Shown here: positions 31,146 to 40,173 of the stretch, piece after piece | Layout: the number at the start of each line of letters is the position of its first letter | How positions within the stretch are numbered: the first letter of the stretch is position 1 | DNA from: a virus | Taxonomy: Duplodnaviria; Caudoviricetes | Virus record (IMG/VR): IMGVR_UViG_3300014204_005796 | Span: 32,001-96,000 of that record | DNA: 64,000 nucleotides | Direction: 5' to 3' (one strand) | Translations under genes and position numbers: made by a program | Notes under the pieces: generated by a model | Told to the model about the DNA's origin: nothing | The model's input: the letters and a program-made list of their open reading frames with translations, nothing else | Database searches by the model: none

Positions 31146-31598
31146 TTAAAGATTCATGGTAAAGTTCCACGCTTTAAGCTCCCTGCGAAATACCAGAATT
31201 AAACGGGCGTCTTTTTTGAGACGGTACGTTTCTTTAACCAAAGCTTTTTTAAGTGTATTAAACTCTTTAATGGCTTTGGCATCCTTCGCCCAGTACTTGT
31301 CTATCTCGCGAAAGGTTATTGCTGGCAGGGTACTGTCTGCAGATTTTTCGTGGTCAAATATGTTTATGGCGCAGTACGCCGCCAGAGGATTCTTCATATA
31401 GTTTTCCAACAGTAACACCGCCGTGCTGGTTGCTATGTCAACCAGGTTCACCGCAATAATCAGAGTGTTATCGCGTTTATCTATGTAAGTATCATTCTCG
31501 AGTCCGGTGAACTCCGGAAACGCCAATGGAAGTAACTGCGGCGTCATTGTCAATGACGGACGATTAGTCAGCATTTTACAAGCTTCTTCGGCGTTCAT
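31146..31598 (-). CDS. hypothetical protein with shared motif
   Basis: IATSTAVLLLENY. Confidence 0.6.
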   Translation of the reverse strand: MNAEEACKMLTNRPSLTMTPQLLPLAFPEFTGLENDTYIDKRDNTLIIAVNLVDIATSTAVLLLENYMKNPLAAYCAINIFDHEKSADSTLPAITFREIDKYWAKDAKAIKEFNTLKKALVKETYRLKKDARLILVFRRELKAWNFTMNL

Positions 31599-31601
31599 AA
31601 G

Positions 31602-31994
31602 TCACCTCCTCTTTTTCCAGTCTTCTATAATGTTCCACCAGTCATCGCGGGTCATGTCCCTCCAAGTGTCATGCCCCCGCTTGCCCCACAGAACTCTAAA
31701 AGACGTATATCCTTCTTCAGGATTTGGGTCACCATAATAACATATTCTGCATAAATTTGTGCTCTGTCTATACCCTTTTGGATTTTCAAGACAGATAAGA
31801 ACACTGTGTGACCCATCGCCAGTCATGGCTGCAGGTAATTCGTCGACAGCTAACTTCTGTATCGCAAAGATAAGCGTCGTGGTTGACATCTTCCGCGCCG
31901 TCTCATTCATATGCCATACCCTAGCGTACTCCCAAGAAGGGTACTCTGCTTTGTAGTTTCTTGGGTTCAGCTTGTGCGACGCCACATTCTGCAT
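31602..31994 (-). CDS. hypothetical protein with shared motif
   Basis: MSTTTLIFAIQKL. Confidence 0.6.
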   Translation of the reverse strand: MQNVASHKLNPRNYKAEYPSWEYARVWHMNETARKMSTTTLIFAIQKLAVDELPAAMTGDGSHSVLICLENPKGYRQSTNLCRICYYGDPNPEEGYTSFRVLWGKRGHDTWRDMTRDDWWNIIEDWKKRR

Positions 31995-32016
31995 AAGTCA
32001 CCTCGCGTTGTAAAGT

Positions 32017-32045
32017 ATTATACGACAAAATTTGGTTTGAGTCAA
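32017..32045 (-). promoter_or_regulatory. sigma70-type promoter
   Basis: TTGACT-17-TATAAT; shares TTTTGTCGTATA with the 26.6 kb promoter. Confidence 0.8.
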
Positions 32046-32078
32046 CAAGTATTTTCAAGGTTTAACGGAAACGTTCAA

Positions 32079-32102
32079 GGCCGATTTTGCAGAATCGCTG
32101 GC
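32079..32102. repeat. 24-bp dispersed element, copy 2
   Basis: GGCCGATTTTGCAGAATCGCTGGC. Confidence 0.7.
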
Positions 32103-32435
32103 TTAGCGCCTTGCCTTGACCGAAAAGTAAGCCGCCATCAGCAGTTCCTTTGCACCCCGATTTTCTAATTCTATTTGTGCTGGACTCATTGTGGTCCAAT
32201 ATTCCGCTGGCAGTTTAGGATACCAGGAGAACTCCCGGCCTTTAAACTCTTTCTTCACCCACTTGTTAGGCAGAACAACTGTAACGGCCCAGCCGGGTTT
32301 TGTAGGGGAAGTACAGTTAAAGAACTCCATTGCTTTCTCAAACATAAACCATAAGGAGGAGAACCCGCTGACCTCGCGGAATAGCAAAGATTGAATATAG
32401 ATATATCTGCCTCTAATTTTAAAGTATGCCTTCAT
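32103..32435 (-). CDS. hypothetical protein with shared motif
   Basis: SGFSSLWFMFEKA. Confidence 0.6.
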   Translation of the reverse strand: MKAYFKIRGRYIYIQSLLFREVSGFSSLWFMFEKAMEFFNCTSPTKPGWAVTVVLPNKWVKKEFKGREFSWYPKLPAEYWTTMSPAQIELENRGAKELLMAAYFSVKARR

Positions 32436-32446
32436 GTTATTCCTCC

Positions 32447-32887
32447 TTATCGTGATATATTAATTTTAAACTGCACGACTTCGTTCTCCTTACGGTAGTT
32501 TATCACCTCACGTAATTGCGTGTCAGGGCCATGACGGAAAACATCTTTTGTCGCCCATATAATCACGCCTTCTGACTCACCCAACCGTCGGGCGTCATAC
32601 TGTAAGGGATGTTGTGCGCCCGCCGGGTCAAACACAATGTGAAGCCCCACGCCTTTTATTCTGTCAACCCGCATTGCCCGCCACATAATCAGGCAGAACT
32701 TTTCAATGCAGAACATTATGACAGACGATGCAGTCTCCGGTAAGAACTCCAGCACCAGCGCCTTTCTTACCGCGCCTTCCCTGCGTGGTTTATCCCACAA
32801 GTCACTGGACATCAAACCCCGCATAGAATCAACGGCGCGGTTAAGTTCCTGTCTTAACTTCAGGTACTTCCCCAATGGTTTGCTCAT
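32447..32887 (-). CDS. hypothetical protein with shared motif
   Basis: TASSVIMFCIEKF. Confidence 0.6.
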   Translation of the reverse strand: MSKPLGKYLKLRQELNRAVDSMRGLMSSDLWDKPRREGAVRKALVLEFLPETASSVIMFCIEKFCLIMWRAMRVDRIKGVGLHIVFDPAGAQHPLQYDARRLGESEGVIIWATKDVFRHGPDTQLREVINYRKENEVVQFKINISR

Positions 32888-33317
32888 GGCCGTTCACCAT
32901 CCTGTAAGGTTTTAGTACATCCTCAAGCTGTTCAATGCTGAGGACATACTTTCCTTTCTTTACTTCCTCGACACGCCACAGCGTTGTGGAAAAGTTATTC
33001 GCCTTTGGGTCGGCGCTGCGCGGGAGAAGAACCCATTGTCCTTTGCGGTTTAAGGCTAATACTCCGTTGCCCGTGTCAACTCCTAAGCTCACGCCGTCTC
33101 TTACATAGGCTTCCTCATCAATACCGGCGAACACACTTCCTCTTACGCAGAACTCTTTTAGCACAAACAACTTCGCCGCCATGCTCAAGGCTCTCCACGC
33201 AACCACCTTGCGCTGTCTTATACGGGCGACCCAACCTTTCAATTGGAGGAACTCGTTGCGGTAGAGTACGGAAGCGGGATTATCAAAGCGCTTCATCATC
33301 TTCCAGGAATAATACAT
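32841..33317 (-). CDS. hypothetical protein with degenerate shared motif
   Basis: LSMAAKLFVLKEF. Confidence 0.55.
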   Translation of the reverse strand: MYYSWKMMKRFDNPASVLYRNEFLQLKGWVARIRQRKVVAWRALSMAAKLFVLKEFCVRGSVFAGIDEEAYVRDGVSLGVDTGNGVLALNRKGQWVLLPRSADPKANNFSTTLWRVEEVKKGKYVLSIEQLEDVLKPYRMVNGHEQTIGEVPEVKTGT

Positions 33318-33321
33318 TAGG

Positions 33322-33738
33322 TCACCTCCTGTTTAGTGCAAATAGAATTAGCTCTAATGCTTCAGCTGAACTTAGGTACATAGAGGTAGTGGTAATACTC
33401 TGCCTAACGCACTTCCTATTTTCCACAGAGAAGCCTGCGAATTGAAGAAACTTACTGTCACAATACCAACGACCCTCCACGTCCCAACCCATCCAGTCAA
33501 AATATTCCCAATCGGCACTGATAAGGTCTTTCTTAGACTTTGACTTTCCAAAGACGATGTAGCAAAAAGCGCCCTTGGATATTAACGAAGCTTCATTCAA
33601 CACTTTCTCACAAGCAAACAGCAAAGAAGAAGGCGCGAGGTTCTTAGCCCTCCCATGGTCAAGTTCCATAATACGCGTGACCATATCGGGGCCTAAACCT
33701 CTTGGTCTTTTGAACAGCCCATCGTATTTTTCATACAT
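33322..33738 (-). CDS. hypothetical protein with shared motif, paralog of 33743-34159
   Basis: MYEKYDGLF...AKNLAPSSLLFACE...EGRWY...LSSAEA. Confidence 0.65.
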   Translation of the reverse strand: MYEKYDGLFKRPRGLGPDMVTRIMELDHGRAKNLAPSSLLFACEKVLNEASLISKGAFCYIVFGKSKSKKDLISADWEYFDWMGWDVEGRWYCDSKFLQFAGFSVENRKCVRQSITTTSMYLSSAEALELILFALNRR

Positions 33739-33742
33739 GGAG

Positions 33743-34159
33743 TCACCTCCTTATGATATATTGGATTACCTCTGACGCTTCAGCCTGAGACAGGCGCAGA
33801 GTACTGTCTGAATAGTCTTTATCTGCAGGCTTTCTTCCTTCCACGGTAAGTCCCGCTTCTTCTATAATCTGTTTCGCCGCGTACCACACACCCTCGGCAT
33901 TGATGTAACCGACCCACGCGGCATAGGAATACTCTGTACCTTTCGGTGGTAACTTCGCCACCATCCAGGTATATTTTCCTCCGTACGCCAAAGCCTGTTC
34001 CTTTACGGCTTCAATGCAGGCGAACATCAAAGAGGAAGGCGCGAGCAACTTCGCTTTTTCTTTATCAAGCATTAGCTTGTTTCCTGTATAGGAGTGTTCC
34101 CATGAACCACGCTTGCGTCGTGCCTGCGTTATGAACAGCCCTTCATACTTTTCGTGCAT
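33743..34159 (-). CDS. hypothetical protein with shared motif, paralog of 33322-33738
   Basis: MHEKYEGLF...AKLLAPSSLMFAC...EGVWY...LSQAEA. Confidence 0.65.
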   Translation of the reverse strand: MHEKYEGLFITQARRKRGSWEHSYTGNKLMLDKEKAKLLAPSSLMFACIEAVKEQALAYGGKYTWMVAKLPPKGTEYSYAAWVGYINAEGVWYAAKQIIEEAGLTVEGRKPADKDYSDSTLRLSQAEASEVIQYIIRR

Positions 34160-34398
34160 AAGTCACCTCGGCATTGTGGGGTCTACAGGGTTGAACGACT
34201 CTGCCCCAAGCTCCACTATCTCAAAAGATACAAGCTCGCACTCGCCCTTCTTAATTATATGCGAGTAGTTCCTAAAGCAAGGACGGCTCTGGTAAACCTT
34301 CCCCTTCTTGTTAAACTTATTATCCTTTCCATAAGTAGGGGCAAAGAATAACCCGTCAGCCTTTCTTCTTATCTTGTAGAACTTGTTCGCCATAGCGT

Positions 34399-34671
34399 TC
34401 ACCTCTTTTTCTGTGTGTTGTCCGGCACGATTGCAAAGTCCTGTGAAGTCCACGAGCAGTACAGGAAGTTGTGTTCTTTAAGACCCACAGTAGGCTCACC
34501 GCCCATCTCCCTTAACTCGTCCACCGTGCAGACCTCACCTTTCTTTATCCTGTCTCCCTTACCACACGGGTTGCCACACGTGTTATAAGGAATGTTCCTG
34601 ATTGCCTTTACCTTATTGCCCACCTGTATCACCGCCCCGTTGTAGTCGATAGCTTCCGTATGATTATCCAT
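34399..34671 (-). CDS. small SH3-like beta-barrel protein
   Basis: IQVGNKVKAI...KGEVCTV pattern. Confidence 0.4.
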   Translation of the reverse strand: MDNHTEAIDYNGAVIQVGNKVKAIRNIPYNTCGNPCGKGDRIKKGEVCTVDELREMGGEPTVGLKEHNFLYCSWTSQDFAIVPDNTQKKR

Positions 34672-34707
34672 TGTACACCTCCAAAGGTTTTTTGTAAAGC
34701 AAAATCT

Positions 34708-35091
34708 TTACTCCCATTGTATCACCTTAAAGAAACCTTTCTGGCAGTTCTCAACGGCGTAAGCGTGAGCCTTTGACTCCGTGTCAAACGTCATTGTGCC
34801 GTCTCCGCTCCCGAACTCATCCCGCGCCATGACCGCGTTGAAGTACCCGCCTGACCGTTCCACTATAATGAACAGCCCTTTCTTATCCTGTGCGATAGTG
34901 GTTTTCTGTCCGCAGATAAGACACTCGTGCTTAATGCTCGGCACGGTATTTTCACAGCCCGTGCAGTACTCGGTCGTGCCTTTGCCCTTCGTTAACTCCG
35001 CGTATAATTCTACTGCCCTCCCCATACCGTCCTGTTCGTATGCCGTCTGTACCCTTGCCCTAAGTAACGCCGTGCTTATTGGTTTTCTCAT
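34708..35091 (-). CDS. zinc-finger hypothetical protein
   Basis: CTGC...CLIC. Confidence 0.5.
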   Translation of the reverse strand: MRKPISTALLRARVQTAYEQDGMGRAVELYAELTKGKGTTEYCTGCENTVPSIKHECLICGQKTTIAQDKKGLFIIVERSGGYFNAVMARDEFGSGDGTMTFDTESKAHAYAVENCQKGFFKVIQWE

Positions 35092-35534
35092 GACCTACAC
35101 CTCCTATATGGTTTTGTCGAACACATGAAACTGTTCGTTTATCATCTTATCACTTGCCCCCGCGTAGTCATACGCCGTAGGGAACTCAATAAGCCCGCCC
35201 TCACTTACTCCGCAGAAGCAACCGAAGTAAGTTCCGCCCTTACCCTTGACCTCTCCGTCCGTGGTGACGTTCACTTCCTCTTTGAAGCGTTTCTCCAGCC
35301 TGTCCGTAATTTCCTTGAAGGACGACACGTTCTCAACCAGGCAGTTGTCTGAGTCATGCTTTAACTTTTTCATGGTAGAACCTCCCCGCTAATTGTTTTG
35401 TCCGCACGTTCTGTGTCTTACGTGAGCCGTCATTCCAGCGTACCTTCAACCACCCATGTCCCGACTTAACCACGTGCGCCCCCATTGCCCCACAGGGCGT
35501 TTGCACATCCACCCATTGTCCTTTTTTAATCATG

Positions 35535-36074
35535 TTAAGCCACCTCCGCTTCGCCAATAACTACCTCGACCTTGTGCTTAAACATCTTACGTTTCACACC
35601 AAACTCCGGCAGGGTAAACTCTTTGCCAAGTTTGGTGTCAATGATACGCTTGAAGTTGCAATCCACATCACCGAGCCACTCGTCCACCCATTCCTCAGCG
35701 TACTCCATAGCCCGTGCCAAAGCGTCCTTCTTGTCGAAGCCAATAACGTAGTCGGTATCACGGGAGTCATAAGCGGGTTCGTACCCTTCGTCTTTCTTAC
35801 GGAGAACGCCCACGCAGAAGTTGACTTCCCATACAGACAGGAACTTAAAGAGCGACAGCGGGTACTCGCAATCCTCCGCCGTTTCGGTAGTAGTCTTGCC
35901 GTCCTGTTCACCGCAGTTATACAACGTGACTCTCGCCTTTACCATTTCCTTATTATCTGTGAGTCCTATCTTATCCGCCTTCACCGAGTACCCGTTCAAT
36001 CTGTGGTAACCATTGGCATAGTACTCGTAGTCCTCAATGGCTTTCTTAACCTTTGCTCTCTGTTGTTTGGTCAT
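35535..36074 (-). CDS. acidic hypothetical protein
   Basis: 179-aa ORF with GGAGGTG SD. Confidence 0.55.
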   Translation of the reverse strand: MTKQQRAKVKKAIEDYEYYANGYHRLNGYSVKADKIGLTDNKEMVKARVTLYNCGEQDGKTTTETAEDCEYPLSLFKFLSVWEVNFCVGVLRKKDEGYEPAYDSRDTDYVIGFDKKDALARAMEYAEEWVDEWLGDVDCNFKRIIDTKLGKEFTLPEFGVKRKMFKHKVEVVIGEAEVA

Positions 36075-36492
36075 GTCCGCACCTCCACCTTTTTTGATTG
36101 GCTTCCCATATTCCGTACACCCACGCCTTTAACTTCGTGGTGTCACAGTAAAACGTGTCGCTGTCCGTTCCCTTCCCGTCACGTATGTAAATCCTTCTGC
36201 ACTCATAAGGAGACTCCCGCGACCCTACAGTAAAAGGCTGACGAAATACCACCTTATTAAACCACGTACCCCTCATCATAAGGTCGTAGTCATTGAAGGG
36301 TTCAAGGTGAAGGGTAAAGTTATTCTTTGGACTTTCTATCCTGGAAAAGTCCTCCGTCATGCTCTCTATAATGAACCACAGGGTAGAGAACGCCATTGCC
36401 TTACCCTTCTCCGTTACGTACCAGTCCCCACCCCGCCCCATGAGCAGATACGGGTGGTACTTATTCGCCTTCTTCTGCTTCAAGGTCGCCAT
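36046..36492 (-). CDS. hypothetical protein with shared motif
   Basis: MAFSTLWFIIESM. Confidence 0.6.
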   Translation of the reverse strand: MATLKQKKANKYHPYLLMGRGGDWYVTEKGKAMAFSTLWFIIESMTEDFSRIESPKNNFTLHLEPFNDYDLMMRGTWFNKVVFRQPFTVGSRESPYECRRIYIRDGKGTDSDTFYCDTTKLKAWVYGIWEANQKRWRCGHDQTTESKG

Positions 36493-37312
36493 GATTTACA
36501 CCCCCTTATCTGAATTTGCGGATAGCCTTTCTTAACTGCCGTGCCGTCTGTTGATACTCCTTAATGTAAGACTTCAATTGCGCAATACGAGTCATCACCT
36601 CATTAAGGGCAGGCTCAACCTCTGCCCTTGCTTTCGCATACCGCTCTTTCCTGTACCCCAGCACCTCCTCTTTGTTTAACCCTCGCCACTCTTTAGCGTA
36701 AGCGTTCATCGTGGCTTGGTTTCGCTTGCCATAGGCTATTTGCTTTGAGTAGTCCGTATCAGGGCGAAGCTCTATAATAGGCATGAGCTTTGCCGTGGGA
36801 ATATCCACCACTCTTAACTCACTTCTTATCTTCTTAGGTATCAGCATAGTACACCTCCTTCGGCTTGTGTCCAAGCCCTATTATGTTCTATTTTGAACCT
36901 ATCACCAAAAATACTTCCCCATACTCTACCTGATAGTACCATAATGGAACGTATTGATTACCCCTCTATGCCAGTTTTCCGGCACTGTTTCATAATAGAA
37001 CACTATATGCAGACTTATGAAGAATAAGCTAACCCACTCATAGACAGAATACGCCCCATGTTAGCACGTGAGAGTATACGGATAGGGAGTATAAACACAG
37101 GGGTAAAGAGAGAATTAGCCCCAAATAGGCGTTCACGTTCCATAATTCCCACGATTTCGCACAGTTCCAATCAGAGGTTAGCCTCGACTCTCCCAACCTT
37201 CAGGCGACCCGTGTTCATGGGAACCGCCAAATTTTTGGCAGACCAGGGGAATATCGCTCCTTGGAACAGCTGGGAACATGGGCTTCCGGCATGCGCCCGT
37301 GAGCTTAGGCGC

Positions 37313-37822
37313 CTACTTCTCCTCCCGGTACAGGTCCTTCTCGCTGGGTATAGAGTTATAGACAGACTGCTCCCTTGCTTTCCGGCGAGCTTCCGTCCGG
37401 CTCTGTATCCAGGGAGAGCTATACGTAGGCCCCCGGTGGAACGTCGCGGCCTGGGGAGTGCCCACAGCGACAAGCACCTCTCTGACCCGGGAGTATCTCT
37501 TGCGGCCCCCGGGAATCATTACGGGCCGGGGCTCCCAGGCAATCTCCTGGAACATGTCCATGAGCTTCTCGGCTGCCGCGGGGAGCATGGTCATGGCGCA
37601 GGACTGACAAAGGTTCTTCCTTACCTCAACCTGGCGCCTGAATCCCTGGGACTCAACCACCTTAGGCGCCTTCTTTACCGCGGCGCAGAGTGAGCCCTTA
37701 GGTATGCCCTGGCCGCACCCATGACAATGGCGCGTGGTCTTAGCTCGCTCCAGGGTCACGTTTTGCAGGTGCTTGGGATGGAACGCCGGGATGATGCGTC
37801 CTTGTGGAGAGTTAATAGTCAT
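37313..37822 (-). CDS. zinc-finger protein (GC-rich gene)
   Basis: CHGC...CQSC; AAGGAGG SD. Confidence 0.55.
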   Translation of the reverse strand: MTINSPQGRIIPAFHPKHLQNVTLERAKTTRHCHGCGQGIPKGSLCAAVKKAPKVVESQGFRRQVEVRKNLCQSCAMTMLPAAAEKLMDMFQEIAWEPRPVMIPGGRKRYSRVREVLVAVGTPQAATFHRGPTYSSPWIQSRTEARRKAREQSVYNSIPSEKDLYREEK

Positions 37823-37940
37823 GTTGGCCTCCTTCTTGAGTTAGTCACACGTTCACCGCGAACTTACTGTGGGTTTTACTGTACGGAACTACAGGGCAGA
37901 TTGTGGTGAACCTATAACCTCTTTAACCAGAGTTTGAGTT

Positions 37941-38444
37941 TTAGCGACTATGGCCGTTTTTGGAGATTCGCTGGCGTCGTGGCCAATAGAGTTCTATCAC
38001 CAAGTATACGGAGTTGTACTTAAGCATTAACTCTTTGCCCTCTTTCTGGGTAGTCATGCATGTACGCCATGCCATTAGGTCCCCGCCCAGGGATAGTACG
38101 TTTTGATGCTGTGGCGCCGCGACTAAGACAGCCTGGTTAATTCCACCGTTAGACTGTCCCATGGTGTAGGTCACGAGTTTGTCCAACAGCATGACGCCCA
38201 CGGAGGGAGACTCTATGTGTATGGCGGCAACACAATGACGTGTATCCTGAAACGCCCCGCGGCTATTCCAGGTAGCCACCATTTCCTGAATGGGAACTTG
38301 CTGCAAATACTCGATGTGTACCTTTCGCGCCGCCTTCCTCCAGATGTTCTGCGACTTATCTATGTGTCTCTTTACCACGTCCCTATTGTTGGCATAACGA
38401 TGCAGGTATACCTCTATCGCAGTAGTTCCAGGTTTATACTTCAT
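37941..38444 (-). CDS. hypothetical protein with degenerate shared motif
   Basis: ESPSVGVMLLDKL. Confidence 0.55.
   Translation of the reverse strand: MKYKPGTTAIEVYLHRYANNRDVVKRHIDKSQNIWRKAARKVHIEYLQQVPIQEMVATWNSRGAFQDTRHCVAAIHIESPSVGVMLLDKLVTYTMGQSNGGINQAVLVAAPQHQNVLSLGGDLMAWRTCMTTQKEGKELMLKYNSVYLVIELYWPRRQRISKNGHSR
37952..37975. repeat. 24-bp dispersed element, copy 3
   Basis: GGCCGTTTTTGGAGATTCGCTGGC; also shares the flanking AGCGACTAT with copy 1. Confidence 0.75.
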
Positions 38445-38821
38445 GGCTGTACCTCCTTAGCAACTTCACGCTTCTTTTGGACGCCTGTGGTCTGCCAACG
38501 CATTACATACTCTGCCGCGGCAGACATACCCAGGCCATCAGCGCCTTCGGCGAAATAGTGGGTCTTTCGTACAAAAGAAACAGAAACGTCCCATGTATGA
38601 TCATTCGTGTTAAACCATATGCGCACAGGATACGCCGTGCCTGTAAACTGGAAGACTGTAGACCGCGACTGGTACTCCCGGTGTACCTGGTCAGCGTGGT
38701 TCTCCAGGAGGAACATGAGTGTGGATATCGGCAGCTGCTTCGCGGCCCTCCGCACAAAGTAATTGTTAATTACTGTAGCACGCCGGGACGTCTTCATTAC
38801 TAAGTACTTTGTGTCTTGCAT
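38441..38821 (-). CDS. hypothetical protein with shared motif
   Basis: LPISTLMFLLENH. Confidence 0.6.
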   Translation of the reverse strand: MQDTKYLVMKTSRRATVINNYFVRRAAKQLPISTLMFLLENHADQVHREYQSRSTVFQFTGTAYPVRIWFNTNDHTWDVSVSFVRKTHYFAEGADGLGMSAAAEYVMRWQTTGVQKKREVAKEVQP

Positions 38822-38855
38822 GGCTGCCTCCTTGTGGGTAGTACAGCTACCCAGT

Positions 38856-39329
38856 TTACAGTTTGTGTGGGCATACTCCTTTGTGCTTAAAGCTGCCGCA
38901 ATTACAGTTGTAACATAGAACCTGAAAGCCGGCCGGGTACTTGTTCTTCTCCAACCACATATAGGTCTTCTGGCCGGCTGCCCGTTCAGTTGAACCCTTT
39001 GCTATTTCCCTTCTGTGCTTAGCTCCATCCATGCGCATGTGGTCAATGGTAAGAAAGTCAATAATAGACTCCCCGCAACACGCGCACTTAGGCGTGCCAT
39101 TAGAGTAATGTGTAAGCACGCGCACTCTGCGTGCTTGATTCTTTTCACGCACGTAATCCCGGTAATGGTTTACGTTCTCCTGGTAGTACTTGCGCTGCCG
39201 GGCTGCTAAGGCTGCTTTGCGCCCGGGCTTGTTCCTGTACGCTTGGTTCTTGGCTAGCATCTTAGCCCGGTTCTTTCTGTAATACTCCCTGTTCCACGCG
39301 TTCCTTTGCTCCTTGTCCATGTAGCCCAT
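38856..39329 (-). CDS. HNH-type endonuclease
   Basis: CACCGE...LTIDH...FQVLCYNCN; start at MGYMDK after GGAGG. Confidence 0.85.
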   Translation of the reverse strand: MGYMDKEQRNAWNREYYRKNRAKMLAKNQAYRNKPGRKAALAARQRKYYQENVNHYRDYVREKNQARRVRVLTHYSNGTPKCACCGESIIDFLTIDHMRMDGAKHRREIAKGSTERAAGQKTYMWLEKNKYPAGFQVLCYNCNCGSFKHKGVCPHKL

Positions 39330-39337
39330 GTTGCCTC

Positions 39338-39937
39338 CTAATGCTGATCGAAGTAAACATCCTTTACTCCCAACCAGCAAGTAACACATTCCGACCCGCA
39401 GTAGTGTGAGTCGTTCGCGTGCACACACGTAACCGCGCCTTTGGGCGGCTGCTCTCCCTTGAGCACTATAGTCGCCGTGGGTCCTGCCGGTACTGGTACA
39501 TGCGTCGAACTGTCTATGGACCAGTATACCATGAGATTGGCAGGTTTGTCAACCCATGACAAATGGAAACTCTTGGTATACATAAGGAACGTTACCTCAG
39601 GAGACTCCCTGCATACCTCAAATATCTTCTTGAGATATTTCTGGCTGTATGCGTCGCCCGATTCATGCCAGCGTATTTTCGAAAGCCCTTTCTTCTCCAC
39701 ACAGTACTTGAGCTCGGCGAGCATCTCTGTTACGAAGCCGGGAGTCTGTGTAGCATCCAGGTTCCTCTGGCGCATCGCCGCCGCGGCCTTGTACATGCGT
39801 TCAGCTTTGAGCGCGTAGCATATCTTGCTGCAGACTGCCGTCTTGCCCGGGCACGTGATACCCTGGGGCAGGTTGAACACACCAATGGCCTTCGAGAGCT
39901 TGCTGTTGTTACCTACAGATAAGAGTTTGAGTTTCAT
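39338..39937 (-). CDS. Gp88-family (radical-SAM-like) phage protein
   Basis: GNNSKL..FNLP..TCPG...C...CYA, RWHESGD, YTKS, C..C..C. Confidence 0.8.
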   Translation of the reverse strand: MKLKLLSVGNNSKLSKAIGVFNLPQGITCPGKTAVCSKICYALKAERMYKAAAAMRQRNLDATQTPGFVTEMLAELKYCVEKKGLSKIRWHESGDAYSQKYLKKIFEVCRESPEVTFLMYTKSFHLSWVDKPANLMVYWSIDSSTHVPVPAGPTATIVLKGEQPPKGAVTCVHANDSHYCGSECVTCWLGVKDVYFDQH

Positions 39938-39938
39938 A

Positions 39939-40172
39939 TTACTTCACCTCCGTTTCATCGTAGGTTGTTTTGAAGACTTCATCTATGAACTCTTCACCGG
40001 CGTCTCCATAGAGTTCTTCCTCGAAGTCATCCAACGGAAATGTCACCTCGTGCTTGGAACCATCCGAAAGCGTTTTCTCCTCTGTAACCATGTCTGTGTC
40101 CGGGTCGTAGTACAGGTCGACTGTAGCCCCGCCTCCCGCGTCAATGTCTCCCTTAATAAGTTTCTTAGCCAT
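39939..40172 (-). CDS. small highly acidic protein
   Basis: 77 aa, very D/E-rich. Confidence 0.55.
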   Translation of the reverse strand: MAKKLIKGDIDAGGGATVDLYYDPDTDMVTEEKTLSDGSKHEVTFPLDDFEEELYGDAGEEFIDEVFKTTYDETEVK

Positions 40173-40173
40173 G

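Noticed and set aside
37058-37693. 211-aa + strand ORF
   Set aside because: Antisense shadow of the GC-rich - strand gene, with no SD and atypical composition; the same applies to other opposite-strand ORFs such as 3154-3798 and 35532-36233.
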